Shown here: piece after piece, positions 1-8,500 of the stretch | Position numbering within the stretch: the stretch's first letter is position 1 | Layout: each line of letters starts with the position of its first letter | Origin: [Archangium] primigenium | GTDB lineage: Bacteria > Myxococcota > Myxococcia > Myxococcales > Myxococcaceae | NCBI GenBank assembly: GCA_052039915.1 | Contig: JBQGEZ010000862.1 | Location: 1-16,766, forward strand | DNA length: 16,766 nt | Reading direction: 5' to 3' | The notes under the pieces: model-generated | What the model saw: only the letters and a program-made list of their open reading frames with translations | What the model was told of the DNA's origin: nothing | Database searches by the model: none | Position numbers and translations under genes: made by a program

Positions 1-1040
1 GGGGACTCGAGGAAGCCCTGGAGCCGGACCGGGTTGGCGCCCGCCAGGCGGATGGCCGTGTGGATCTGCGCCAGCAGCGCGTTGAAGCGATCCTCCGGTC
101 CGAGCGGCGCCACCACCGGCGGGGGCACCACGGCGAAGGAGCCCGAGGCCCGGCGCGGCACGAGGGGCACGGGCGCCACGGCGGGCACCGCGGACTTGGG
201 CTGGATGACGAGCGAGCCATCGCGCAGGCGCTCGTCCACCCAGGTGAGGAAGGAGAAGAGGCTGCCTTCCCAGAAGGAGCGCAGCACGCCCAGCGCGCTG
301 CCCGCCGCGGCCTGGGCGAACAGGGCCTCTTCGCCGGGCGGGGGCGGCTCGGCGCCGGCCACCACCGTCAAGTCGTCCGGGAAGCGCCGGCGCAGACGCG
401 CCACGGCCTCGCCGCGCTTGAGCCCCTGGAGGATGAGGTCGCGCGTGCGCTCCTGGATCTTCACCGCGTCGCCCGCCGGGGGGGCGCACTCGACGAAGAG
501 GAAGCTGCCCTCGGACATCTCGAAGAGGTTGAGCATCACCTCGCGCACCAGGTACGTCATGGCGCTGTAGAGGTTGGCCTCGGACAGGAAGCCCTCGCGC
601 GTGAGCACCGCGCCGATGCGCAACGAGGGCGTCACCTTGCCGAGCGCGTGGTGCAGCTGCTCGGGCGTCACCAGGCCGAGCTGCACCACCACCGAGCCCA
701 GACGCTCGTGGTGCACGCTGGACACGGCGAAGGTGGGCTGGCCGTCGCGGAAGGTCACGGTGCGCTGCACCGGGCCGTGCTGCATCACGAGCTGGCCACT
801 GCGGATGCCCGAGTGCACGTGGCCGAGGACTTCCTCGACCGAAATGGAGCGCAGGCTTCCCGCGAAGAAGCCGCCCACGCTGGTGGGCTCGCGCAACAGC
901 ACCACGCCCTCGGGCGAATGGAAATGCGCCGCGAGGGGTTGGCCGGGGGTGAGACTGGCGGTGAGCGGGCGCTCCAACTCGAGCACGCCCGGCTCACCAT
1001 CCCGTCCCAGACGAAGCGTCGCCTTGGGGCGCACCGCCAC
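1..1040 (-). CDS. DUF4388-like domain protein (partial; the C-terminus runs off the window start). Not in the ORF track because there is no in-window stop.
   Basis: I hand-translated the minus strand in the codon phase complementary to the + ORF 60..1247. That + ORF has the H/R/G/A/E-rich composition of an antisense shadow. The minus translation reads ...VAHVAVRPKATLRLGRDGEPGVLELERPLTASLTPGQPLAAHFHSPEGVVLLREPTSVGGFFAGSLRSISVEE... and, near position 1, ...PVVAPLGPEDRFNALLAQIHTAIRLAGANPVRLQGFLES with high GC3. There is an upstream in-frame stop at 1218-1220. Candidate starts are GTG at 1040..1038 or 1034..1032, just downstream of the dsbA-like stop. The motif 'GSLRSISVEEVLGHVHSGIRSGQLVMQ...VTFRDGQPTFA' followed by '...LGLVTPEQLHHAL' resembles DUF4388 (PF14332) as I remember it. 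Confidence 0.5.
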   Translation of the reverse strand, partial: MAVRPKATLRLGRDGEPGVLELERPLTASLTPGQPLAAHFHSPEGVVLLREPTSVGGFFAGSLRSISVEEVLGHVHSGIRSGQLVMQHGPVQRTVTFRDGQPTFAVSSVHHERLGSVVVQLGLVTPEQLHHALGKVTPSLRIGAVLTREGFLSEANLYSAMTYLVREVMLNLFEMSEGSFLFVECAPPAGDAVKIQERTRDLILQGLKRGEAVARLRRRFPDDLTVVAGAEPPPPGEEALFAQAAAGSALGVLRSFWEGSLFSFLTWVDERLRDGSLVIQPKSAVPAVAPVPLVPRRASGSFAVVPPPVVAPLGPEDRFNALLAQIHTAIRLAGANPVRLQGFLES

Positions 1041-1057
1041 GTGAGCGACCGCCTTCC

Positions 1058-2140
1058 CTACTTCTTGGCCAGCTCGGCGTCGATGACGCTCTTGAACTCG
1101 TCGAAGGGCTGGGCGCCCGACAGGAGGATGCCGTTGATGAAGAAGGCCGGCGTGCCGTTGACGCCCACCTTCTGGCCATCCGCCATGTCGGCCTTCACCT
1201 GCTCGGCCTTGGCGCCATCATCCAGGCACTTGTCGAACTTCGCCTGATCCAGGCCCAGCGTCTTGGCGTGGCCCTTGAGCTGGGGCACCTGCAGCGCGGA
1301 CTGATTGGCGAAGAGCGTGTCGTGGTACTCCCAGAACTTGCCCTGATCCCCCGCGCACAGCGCGGCCTCGGACGCCTTGGGGGCCTCCTTGTGGAACTCC
1401 AGGGGGAACTGGCGGAAGACCAGCTTGATCTTGTCCGGGTAGGCCTTCATGACCTCGTCCACCGTCTTGATGGCTTTGCTGCAGAAGGGGCACTGGAAGT
1501 CGCTGAACTCCACGATGGTGACGGGCGCGCTGTCCGGGCCCTTGGCGGGACCGGTGGCGGCCACCTGCTTGCGCTCCACCGGCGGGCGGGGCGGCTCGGG
1601 CAGGGTGATCTGCACGTTCGCGTTCTTCTTCAGCTCGCCGAAGTACTCGCGCGCCCGCTCCTGCTTCTTGGAGCCGGACAGGAAGTCGACGATCTGCGGC
1701 TTGACCTGCTCGTAGGTGGTGCCCGGGGGCAGCCGCTCCTTGGCCTCCTCGTACAGCTTCTTGATCTCCTCCTCGGGCGGCTGGGGGATCTTGTCGTCCA
1801 CCTCGGCCTTGACCAGGGCCTCCTCGGAGAGGTTGCGCTTGGTGGCCTCGGCCTTCACGAGCTTCTCCACCACGAAGCCGTCCAGACCCTGCTTGCGCGT
1901 CTGGTACTTCTGCTTCTCCAGGTTGGCGAGCGGATCCTTCAGGCGATCGTTGAGCTCGCCGAAGGTGATCTTCTGGCCGTCACCGAAGGTGGCCACCACC
2001 GTGTCGGCGGAGGGCTCCGTCGAGGAGGTGGGCGAAGACGCGGTGGCGGCGGCCGCCGGGGTCTTCTCCTTGTTGCAGCCGGAGACGAGGGAAGCCGCGA
2101 GAACCGCGGCCAGGAACGTGGAAGAGGTGCGCATGGGCAT
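1058..2140 (-). CDS. DsbA-family thiol:disulfide oxidoreductase lipoprotein (thioredoxin fold with an N-terminal extension)
   Basis: ATG start at 2140..2138 with AAGGA about 14 nt upstream; stop TAG at 1060..1058. The N-terminus MPMRTSSTFLAAVLAASLVSGC is a lipoprotein signal with a lipobox Cys. The C-terminal half carries the thioredoxin active site 'FSDFQCPFCSKA' and a DsbA-like body (FRQFPLEFHKEAPKASEAALCAGDQGKFWEYHD...GVNGTPAFFING). Confidence 0.85.
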   Translation of the reverse strand: MPMRTSSTFLAAVLAASLVSGCNKEKTPAAAATASSPTSSTEPSADTVVATFGDGQKITFGELNDRLKDPLANLEKQKYQTRKQGLDGFVVEKLVKAEATKRNLSEEALVKAEVDDKIPQPPEEEIKKLYEEAKERLPPGTTYEQVKPQIVDFLSGSKKQERAREYFGELKKNANVQITLPEPPRPPVERKQVAATGPAKGPDSAPVTIVEFSDFQCPFCSKAIKTVDEVMKAYPDKIKLVFRQFPLEFHKEAPKASEAALCAGDQGKFWEYHDTLFANQSALQVPQLKGHAKTLGLDQAKFDKCLDDGAKAEQVKADMADGQKVGVNGTPAFFINGILLSGAQPFDEFKSVIDAELAKK

Positions 2141-2178
2141 GGGTTGGGGTCCTTAGTCGAGAAAACCCCGGACTCGCA

Positions 2179-2190
2179 AAGAAATTTCTT
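2179..2190. promoter_or_regulatory. Perfect 12-bp AT-rich palindrome AAGAAATTTCTT in the dsbA-like/lpxC intergenic spacer
   Basis: Read directly: 2179-2190 'aagaaatttctt' equals its own reverse complement. It is the only AT-rich block in about 2 kb of roughly 70% GC DNA. It sits between the lpxC stop (2201) and the dsbA-like start (2140). Confidence 0.4.
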
Positions 2191-2200
2191 GGACGCGAAC

Positions 2201-3130
2201 TCAGGCCACCAGCGGCTCGAGGCCGAGCTCCGGCAGGCGCAGCTCCAACAGGTCCACGTGCTTGCGCAGGGGGACGATCTCGTAGGCGCTCGGGTCGGCC
2301 AGCACCGCCTTGACGAGCTTCTGGTTGAGCGCGTGGCCCGTCTTGAAGGCCTTGAGGTGGCCCACCACGGGGCGGCCGAACAGGGAGATGTCCCCGATGG
2401 CGTCCAGGATCTTGTGCCGCACGAACTCGTCGGCGAAGCGCAGGCCGTCCGGGTTGAGGATGGAGAAGTCGTCCACCACGATGGCGTTGTCCAGCGAGCC
2501 GCCCCGCGCCAGGCCCATCTTCTGCATCATCTCCACGTCCCGGCGGAAGCAGAACGTACGCGCGCGGGAGATCTCCCGGGCGAAGCACCGGTCGGAGAAC
2601 TCCAGCTCGAAGGATTGCTCGGTGATGAGCGGGTGCTTGAAGTCCACCGTGCACGAGATGCGAAAGCCCTTGGCGGGCGACAGGCTCGCCTCCTTGTCCC
2701 CGTCCGCCACCGTCACCGTCTTCTTCATCACCAGGACGCGGCGCGGCTCCTCCTGCTCGCGCAGGCCCGCCTCGGCGATGAGCGTGGCGAAGGGCGCGGC
2801 GCTGCCGTCCATGATGGGCACCTCGGGCCCGTCCAGCTCCACGCGCACGTTGTCCAGCCCCATGCCGGCCAGCGCCGACATCAGGTGCTCCACCGTGCTC
2901 ACCTTCACCCCGTCACGGCCCAGCGTGGTGGCCAGCGACGTGTCCACCACGTACTCCGACAGCGCCGGCAGCACCACGGGCCGGGGCGTGTCCGTGCGCA
3001 CGAAGGCGATGCCGTGGTTGGCCGGCGCCGGCAGGAGGGACAGGTTCACCGGGGCACCCGAGTGGAGACCCACCCCCTGGCAGTGGACGGGCTGAAGGAG
3101 CGTGCGCTGGTTGAAGGAACTGGAAGGCAT
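2201..3130 (-). CDS. lpxC: UDP-3-O-acyl-N-acetylglucosamine deacetylase
   Basis: The translation is collinear with LpxC along its whole length: QRTLLQPVHCQGVGLHSG...VSTVEHLMSALAGMGLDNVRVELDGPEVPIMDGSAAPF...ISRARTFCFRRDVE...GGSLDNAIVVDD...GLRFADEFVRHKILDAIGDISLFGRPVVGHLKAFKTGHALNQKLV. The track ORF (to 3265, TTG start) adds a roughly 45-aa R/G-rich extension. I place the start at ATG 3130..3128 (MPSSSFNQRTL...), which gives 309 aa. Stop TGA at 2203..2201. Confidence 0.9.
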   Translation of the reverse strand: MPSSSFNQRTLLQPVHCQGVGLHSGAPVNLSLLPAPANHGIAFVRTDTPRPVVLPALSEYVVDTSLATTLGRDGVKVSTVEHLMSALAGMGLDNVRVELDGPEVPIMDGSAAPFATLIAEAGLREQEEPRRVLVMKKTVTVADGDKEASLSPAKGFRISCTVDFKHPLITEQSFELEFSDRCFAREISRARTFCFRRDVEMMQKMGLARGGSLDNAIVVDDFSILNPDGLRFADEFVRHKILDAIGDISLFGRPVVGHLKAFKTGHALNQKLVKAVLADPSAYEIVPLRKHVDLLELRLPELGLEPLVA

Positions 3131-3363
3131 GGTTGGATGTCGCCTCTTCGATGCGGGTGCTGCTCTGTTCACTGCCCATCTGACGCGCCGCGCATCGTTG
3201 CAAGTCGTACGCCATGGACCCCGTCTCCTCACCCGGAGACCCCCGGTGGCGCCTCGCGGCGACAAGGGGTTGGAATCATTGGACGTGTCCGCTTGCCCTC
3301 CAGGCGCACCGCGACCTGCGGTGCCCTGCTCCCCCTCGATCCGCTGTGCAGAAGTTCCAACAC

Positions 3364-3388
3364 CGTGACATGCGTGTCAGGACTTTTT
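3364..3388 (+). terminator. Terminator-like hairpin plus T5 run within the 408-bp noncoding gap upstream of lpxC
   Basis: cgtgaca-tgcg-tgtcagg (7-bp stem with 1 mismatch, 4-nt loop) followed by 'acTTTTTcc'. It is oriented for + strand transcription although no credible + strand gene lies upstream. Confidence 0.25.
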
Positions 3389-3538
3389 CCCCATGCCCGC
3401 CCGGCCCGGCGCGTCATGGGGGCCCCCGCATAGCCCAAGCGGCTGCCCGGAATCAAACGATGGGCGCACGCACCCGAGGCATCCGGGGCGCTTGCGGTGC
3501 CCACCATCGGACACCCCGCGGACTTCACGGGGGGTGAC

Positions 3539-5029
3539 TCACTGCGCCGTGGAGAGGAACCGGTCGCGCAGGGCCTCGGCCTCGATCCGGTCGAAATGGA
3601 AGCCCTGGAGCTGGGCGCGCCGGCTCACCGCGGCGAAGGTGTGCTCCAGCGTCTGGGAGAAGCCCTTGAGGTCCGCGATGAGGCGGGTGCGCACGGCGGG
3701 GCCCTCGGGCGGCCAGGGCAGCTCGGTGAGCAGCGCCGAGAACCGATCGAAGGCCTCGTAGTCCACGTAGCGCAGGAGCTGGTAGCTGCCGTCCTGGAAA
3801 TAGCCCAGGAAGGCCACGATGCTGGAGATGGCCGACTCGGAGGCCGGCACGTCGTCGTTGCGCAGGTGCCCTTCCGCCGCGCGGCACAGCTGGGAGAAGA
3901 CCCACAGGTCCTTGCGCAGGCGGCTCGCGCACTCGGTGGTGGACACGAGCTGCTCGAACGGGGCCTCGCCCACCATGGAGCCCGGGGAGAGCGCCTCGGT
4001 GAGCGCCACCACCTGGTTGCGCAGGAGCTGGGTGAAGGCATAGGAGGCCCGGGCGGCGGCGGCCCGGTCCCGGTCCAGCTCCACGAGGATCTCCCGGGCG
4101 ACGCGCTCCGTCTCGCGGGCGATGTCCCGGGCGGCGCGCAGACACGCCGCCTGCAGGGGCTTGGGCCCGGCGCGCGGCGCCAGCTCGTTCTTCAGGTAGC
4201 CCGCGAGGCTGAGCGACTCGCTGCGCACGAGCGCCAGCAGCACGCGCACCCGCCGGGGAATGGGCCCTTGCGCATCCTGGCTCACGTAGGCCAGGCAGTG
4301 CAGCAGCCGGAACAGGCCCAGGTACACCGTGGTGAACAGCGGCCGGGTCTCCGCGGGCACCGTGGCCAGCAGCGCCAGCAGCCGCGCCGAGCGCACCCGG
4401 TCGTACTCCAGCCGGAACTCCGTGAGGCGGCAGGGCCGGAAGTAGCGGTTGAGGACGATCTCGCGCAGGACCAGGTTGCCCACGTCGGTGAAGAGGCTCA
4501 GGCCACAGACGGGCAGCTGCAACAGGTGGTCGATGAGGTTGCGCAGCGACTCGAAGGACTGGCGCAGGACGAAGAGGCTCTCCTGGGGCGTCTCCTGCTG
4601 CCGCTCGCCCTCGATGCGCGAGCGCAGGCCCCGGTCGTCCGCGAGCTGCGTCTCCACGTAGCGGCGAAACTGCAGCTTCTGGTCCGAGTCCGGATCCAAC
4701 AGGTGGCGCGCCAGGCGGATGCTCTGGCTGAGCGTGGCGCGGATGTCCTTGAGCTCCTCGCGGAAGTCACGCGTGACGAGCGGCTGCTCGTGCGACTCGG
4801 CCGTGACGCCGTTGTCCTGCTGGTGGACGTAGCGCTCCATGCCCCGCAGGAGCATCTCGAACTCGAAGAGCAGCTCCTCGCGGGCGTCCACCGACAGGGC
4901 GCGCAGCCAGCGCTCGCGCTCGGAGAGGAAGCCGGCCTGGCTGCCTTGCGAGGCACGCACCAGGGCCTCGTAGAAGTCACGCGGGACGCGCGAGGCTCGG
5001 GGGGAGGATGCAGCGGGCGCGGAACTCAC
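3539..5029 (-). CDS. Conserved hypothetical protein, 496 aa, no recognisable domain; translationally coupled to ruvB
   Basis: The composition is protein-like (D/E/F/Y/K present, not R/G/A-dominated). The GTG start at 5029..5027 overlaps the ruvB stop TGA (5028..5026), forming a GTGA overlap. Stop TGA at 3541..3539. The first in-frame ATG is far downstream, so the GTG start is inferred. Confidence 0.65.
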   Translation of the reverse strand: MSSAPAASSPRASRVPRDFYEALVRASQGSQAGFLSERERWLRALSVDAREELLFEFEMLLRGMERYVHQQDNGVTAESHEQPLVTRDFREELKDIRATLSQSIRLARHLLDPDSDQKLQFRRYVETQLADDRGLRSRIEGERQQETPQESLFVLRQSFESLRNLIDHLLQLPVCGLSLFTDVGNLVLREIVLNRYFRPCRLTEFRLEYDRVRSARLLALLATVPAETRPLFTTVYLGLFRLLHCLAYVSQDAQGPIPRRVRVLLALVRSESLSLAGYLKNELAPRAGPKPLQAACLRAARDIARETERVAREILVELDRDRAAAARASYAFTQLLRNQVVALTEALSPGSMVGEAPFEQLVSTTECASRLRKDLWVFSQLCRAAEGHLRNDDVPASESAISSIVAFLGYFQDGSYQLLRYVDYEAFDRFSALLTELPWPPEGPAVRTRLIADLKGFSQTLEHTFAAVSRRAQLQGFHFDRIEAEALRDRFLSTAQ

Positions 5030-6057
5030 CAGAGGGACCCCTGCGCCGATTCGGGCGCCTTCTTGTTGAAGTAGGTGTACGCGCGATGCGTGGCCGTGCG
5101 GCCGCGCGGCGTGCGCTGGAGGAAGCCTTCTTGCAGCAGAAAGGGCTCGTACACGTCCTCGATGGTATCGCGCTGCTCGCCCACGCTCGCGGCGATCGTC
5201 TCCACGCCCACCGGGCCCCCGCCGAACTTCTCCAGGATGGCCAGGAGGATCTTGCGGTCCATGGCGTCCAAGCCCGAGGCATCCACGCCCAGCCGGGTGA
5301 GCGCCTGGGAGGACAGCTCCCGGGTGATGGTGCCATCCCCCTCCACCTGGGCGAAGTCCCGCAGGCGGCGCAAGAGCCGGTTGGCGATACGGGGCGTGCC
5401 GCGCGAGCGGGTGGAGATCTCCCGCGCGCCGTCCTTGTCCAGCTTCACGCCGAGGATGCGCGCCGAGCGGTTGAGGATCATCTCCAGGTGCTTGGGCTCG
5501 TAGTACTCGAGCCGCTCCTGGATCTGGAAGCGGTCGCGCAGGGGCGAGGTGAGCAGGCCCGTGCGCGTGGTGGCGCCGATGAGGGTGAAGGGCGGCAGAT
5601 CGATCTTCATCGCCCGGGCGGCGGGGCCCGTGTCGATGGTGATGTCCAGCCGGAAGTCCTCCATCGCCGGGTAGAGGTACTCCTCGATGGCGGCGTTGAG
5701 CCGGTGCACCTCGTCGATGAAGAGGATGTCGCGCTCGTTGAGGTTGGTGAGCAGCCCGGCCAGGTCCCCCTTGCGCTCGAGCGCGGGACCGCTCGTCACG
5801 TGGATGCCCACGCCGAGCTCCGTCGCCATGAGGTAGGCGAGCGACGTCTTGCCCAGACCCGGGGGCCCGGAGAAGAGGCAGTGGTCGAGCGCCTCCCCGC
5901 GGCTGCGCGCCGCCTGGACGTACACCCGCAGCTTGTCCACCACGGCGCTCTGCCCCACGTACTCGTCGAAGGAGCGTGGGCGGAGCGAGGCCTCGACCCG
6001 GCCCTCGTCGTTGAGCGCCTCTCCCGAGAGCGCGTCGTCCGTCTTCCGCTTCGCCAT
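5026..6057 (-). CDS. ruvB: Holliday junction branch-migration ATPase RuvB
   Basis: Hallmark RuvB motifs are present: FDEYVGQ, Walker [12 protein letters not shown], Walker [11 protein letters not shown], sensor/arginine-finger region [15 protein letters not shown], and the winged-helix C-terminus. The track start at 6081 is GTG. An ATG at 6057..6055 (MAKRKTDD...) preceded by AAAGAGGA looks like the better start, but either is possible. Confidence 0.9.
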   Translation of the reverse strand: MAKRKTDDALSGEALNDEGRVEASLRPRSFDEYVGQSAVVDKLRVYVQAARSRGEALDHCLFSGPPGLGKTSLAYLMATELGVGIHVTSGPALERKGDLAGLLTNLNERDILFIDEVHRLNAAIEEYLYPAMEDFRLDITIDTGPAARAMKIDLPPFTLIGATTRTGLLTSPLRDRFQIQERLEYYEPKHLEMILNRSARILGVKLDKDGAREISTRSRGTPRIANRLLRRLRDFAQVEGDGTITRELSSQALTRLGVDASGLDAMDRKILLAILEKFGGGPVGVETIAASVGEQRDTIEDVYEPFLLQEGFLQRTPRGRTATHRAYTYFNKKAPESAQGSLW

Positions 6058-6240
6058 GTGCCGTGAATCCTCTTTCCCCACCCTACCAGAACAACCCCGC
6101 CGTCGCGGTCTCTCTCACATAGCCGGGAGGCGCCCTCGCCGCCGCCCCGACGCGGCCCCGGGAAAACCCCGTCTACCAGTGAACCCGGCGGCGCGAGGGC
6201 CCTCGCGGGGGGTCCCGAGGCCATGCGAAAGGAAGGAGCC

Positions 6241-7314
6241 ATGACCGCCCCCTTCCGACCCCTCCCCTTCCTCTCCGAGGCGCGTGCCGAGCAGGCGGCC
6301 GGGCCCCGGCTGCGCGCCCTGCGCCAGGCGGCCCAGCGGGCACGCGAGACCTTCACGTCCGAGGGCGCCGCCACCGCCCTGGCTACGTGTGACCTCGTCT
6401 CCTTCCCCTACCCCACCGTGTTCGCCTTCAGCGGCGCGGCGCGCTCGCCCGCGCCCTACGTGATGGTGCGGCACCGGATGCAGGTGGTGCGCTTCCAGCA
6501 GGAGGGCACCGAGCGCGTGCTGCTCTTCAATCCGAGCGACTACGAGCGCGGCCACGAGGCGCCCTTCTACAAGGCGCTGCGCGAGAAGTACGGCACCTTC
6601 GTCACCACCCAGGTGATGACGCGGCGGCACGGCACCGTGCAGGCGCACCTGGCGGCCCTGGGCCTCACGCCCGAGGACGTGGACTACCTCGCCTTCGATC
6701 ACCTGAAGGCCCAGGACGTCCGGCGCTGGCTCGGAGGGGACGGCCAGCCGGCCTACTTCCCCCGGGCGCGGCTCCTGGTGCAGCGCGCCGAGTGGGACGC
6801 CGTGCGCTGCCCCCATCCCCTGGAGCGCGTCTGGTACGTGCCCGAGGGCACCGGGGGCGTGCCTCCGGAGCGGGTGGAATTGCTGTCGGGGGACACCTGG
6901 CTCGGCCAGGGCGTGGCGCTGCTGTCCACGCCGGGCCACAGTCCGGGCAACATGTCGCTCGCGGTGGCCACCGCCGACGAGGTGTTCGTCATGAGCGAGA
7001 ACGGGGTCGCCACCGAGAGCTACACGCCCCTGCAGTCCGCCATCCCGGGGGTGCGCACCTTCGCCGAGCAGATGGGCTGGGAGGTGGTGCTCAACGGCAA
7101 CACGCGCGAGAACTCCCTGGAGCAGTACTCGTCGATGATCGTGGAGAAGGTGTTCGCGGGCCGCGCGCGGGCGGACGGAGGGTTCGTGAACGTGCACCCC
7201 TCCTCGTTGCTCACCCGCGCGGTGATGGCGCCGGGCCTGGCCCCCACGCTCACCCTGCCCCCGCCCACGTCTGGCGCCTTCACCCCGGCCGCCGCCCCCC
7301 GCCACGCGGCGTGA
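6241..7314 (+). CDS. Hypothetical protein with a metallo-beta-lactamase-like 'TPGHSPG' motif but no canonical HxHxDH motif
   Basis: The track ORF starts at ATG 6223. A second ATG at 6241 is preceded by a perfect RBS (AGGAAGGAG, about 5 nt spacing), so I prefer 6241. It contains '...LLSTPGHSPGNMSLAV...', reminiscent of MBL-fold motif 3. I found no HxHxD motif by eye. Stop at 7312-7314. Confidence 0.55.
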   Translation: MTAPFRPLPFLSEARAEQAAGPRLRALRQAAQRARETFTSEGAATALATCDLVSFPYPTVFAFSGAARSPAPYVMVRHRMQVVRFQQEGTERVLLFNPSDYERGHEAPFYKALREKYGTFVTTQVMTRRHGTVQAHLAALGLTPEDVDYLAFDHLKAQDVRRWLGGDGQPAYFPRARLLVQRAEWDAVRCPHPLERVWYVPEGTGGVPPERVELLSGDTWLGQGVALLSTPGHSPGNMSLAVATADEVFVMSENGVATESYTPLQSAIPGVRTFAEQMGWEVVLNGNTRENSLEQYSSMIVEKVFAGRARADGGFVNVHPSSLLTRAVMAPGLAPTLTLPPPTSGAFTPAAAPRHAA

Positions 7315-7331
7315 GGCCCGGTGCGCCTCGG

Positions 7332-7883
7332 CTACACGGCACAGGAGCCGGGCACGTAACGCTGCTCGGTCCATGCGAGCCAGAGGTCCCGCGACTGGAC
7401 ATTGCCGACATGGATGCCATGGGCGGGATCCTGCGGGTCGAAGAACAGATACTCCCCCTTGTCCAACGCCAGACCCAGCGCCGCCACCTTCCCCGCCCTC
7501 CCCGCGCCCGCCGGGTCCACGTAATAGTCTATCTGCTCGACCCGGGCGGACTCCCGACCGCTCGGCAACAACGTCCTCAACAGGGACATCGCCCCAAAGA
7601 CATCATCGGGGTCGACCTCGAAAGCGCTCTCCATCCGAGCCACCCGCTCCATCTGGAGACCCGAGTAGCCGTCGACGACCTTGAGGCGCAGCAGCACCCG
7701 ACCCAGCTCAAGGTAGACCGCATCCCACATGGGATGGAATTGAGCGAATCGACGCAGTGGTTTGACGTCCCCCGAAAAACCACTTCCATCGTCCACGAAC
7801 CCCGTGACGACCAGGCCCTCGATCCGCTCCGCCGCCAAGAGAGCCCGGAGATCTTCCACGGACACCTTCACGCTGTCTTGCAT
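7332..7883 (-). CDS. Small hypothetical protein B (183 aa); last gene of a putative MVP-A-B co-oriented cluster
   Basis: ATG at 7883..7881, only 9 bp downstream of the gene A stop. GC is about 55-62%, lower than flanking genes. There is weak C-terminal similarity to protein A (YYVDPAGAGRAGKVAALGL...HGIHVGN versus YEVLGSPWAQEPRVARFGL...HFILVGH). Confidence 0.6.
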   Translation of the reverse strand: MQDSVKVSVEDLRALLAAERIEGLVVTGFVDDGSGFSGDVKPLRRFAQFHPMWDAVYLELGRVLLRLKVVDGYSGLQMERVARMESAFEVDPDDVFGAMSLLRTLLPSGRESARVEQIDYYVDPAGAGRAGKVAALGLALDKGEYLFFDPQDPAHGIHVGNVQSRDLWLAWTEQRYVPGSCAV

Positions 7884-7892
7884 TTCGAGACC

Positions 7893-8435
7893 TCATTCCC
7901 GAGAGGCCAGCGACCATTTCCAATCCATCGCCAGCACCTCGACATACGCATCGTGCCCGACCAGGATGAAATGCCTCAAGCCGAAGCGGGCCACCCGCGG
8001 CTCCTGGGCCCAAGGGGACCCCAGGACCTCGTACGCTCCGGAATCGGGACAGGCGCCGTTCTCCAGCCATGCGCGGTCATACTCCCCCCGCCCATCGGTC
8101 TTCATGTCCACGGGACCACGGAACGGAACCTGACTCCAATCGTATTGGGCCCGCTGGATGGGGTCGCGCTCCGCGAAGATCGGGGAGAAACGCGACCACC
8201 CGCTCCGGATGAATTCGACCCGGATGAGGTGGTAGCCCGGGTCGTCGGGGTTCTGCTCCTTCAAATAGAGATCGGCCAAGGGACCGAAGAGCGCGTAGCC
8301 CGTGACCTGACAGGCCCAGGGCTCCTCGACACACGTCGCCTTCAATCCCGGACCCGAGGGCGACAGCATCCAGGGGACATTCAACGGTCGCAAAGCCGGA
8401 AGCGCTCCAGGCACATCCAGTTTGGAATCGCTCAT
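7893..8435 (-). CDS. Small hypothetical protein A (180 aa); immediately downstream of MVP on the same strand
   Basis: The track ORF extends to 8504, which would overlap the MVP stop. The internal ATG at 8435..8433 (MSDSKLDVPG...) is preceded by AGGAG with about 6 nt spacing, so I call that the start. Stop TGA at 7895..7893. GC is about 60-65%. Confidence 0.6.
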   Translation of the reverse strand: MSDSKLDVPGALPALRPLNVPWMLSPSGPGLKATCVEEPWACQVTGYALFGPLADLYLKEQNPDDPGYHLIRVEFIRSGWSRFSPIFAERDPIQRAQYDWSQVPFRGPVDMKTDGRGEYDRAWLENGACPDSGAYEVLGSPWAQEPRVARFGLRHFILVGHDAYVEVLAMDWKWSLASRE

Positions 8436-8500
8436 GGTCGGCTCCTGGCGCAGCAGTGCTCCGGGTGGAGGACGTTCATGCCCCCGACACCGCCGTGCGG

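Noticed and set aside
60-1247. Long + strand ORFs from the track, including 60..1247, 1268..3433, 3497..5074, 5008..6066, 8456..11011, 6792..9362, 13145..14917, 14990..16123, and the minus-strand 6115..7374, 8766..10325 and 14004..15905
   Set aside because: All have the H/R/G/A/P/L-dominated, low-complexity composition of antisense or out-of-frame shadows in roughly 70% GC DNA. Each overlaps a gene with a clearly recognisable product on the other strand or in another frame (DUF4388/dsbA/lpxC, hypothetical/ruvB, MVP, RR-DUF4388, OMP).
3131-3265. N-terminal 45-codon extension of lpxC in the track ORF (TTG at 3265)
   Set aside because: The extension is R/G/W-rich and absent from LpxC homologs. 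The internal ATG at 3130 restores the canonical LpxC N-terminus.
3102-3537. Small ORFs in the lpxC upstream gap (3102..3368 +, 3214..3537 +, 3229..3528 -)
   Set aside because: R/P/G-rich composition with no RBS and overlap with the lpxC start. These are more likely chance ORFs in GC-rich noncoding DNA.
6082-6140. Possible SOS/LexA box upstream of ruvB (a 'ccagaacaacc' segment resembling half of a GAAC-N4-GTTC or CTGAAC-type box)
   Set aside because: Only one half-site-like element is present, with no matching inverted partner at the correct spacing. This is not enough to call.
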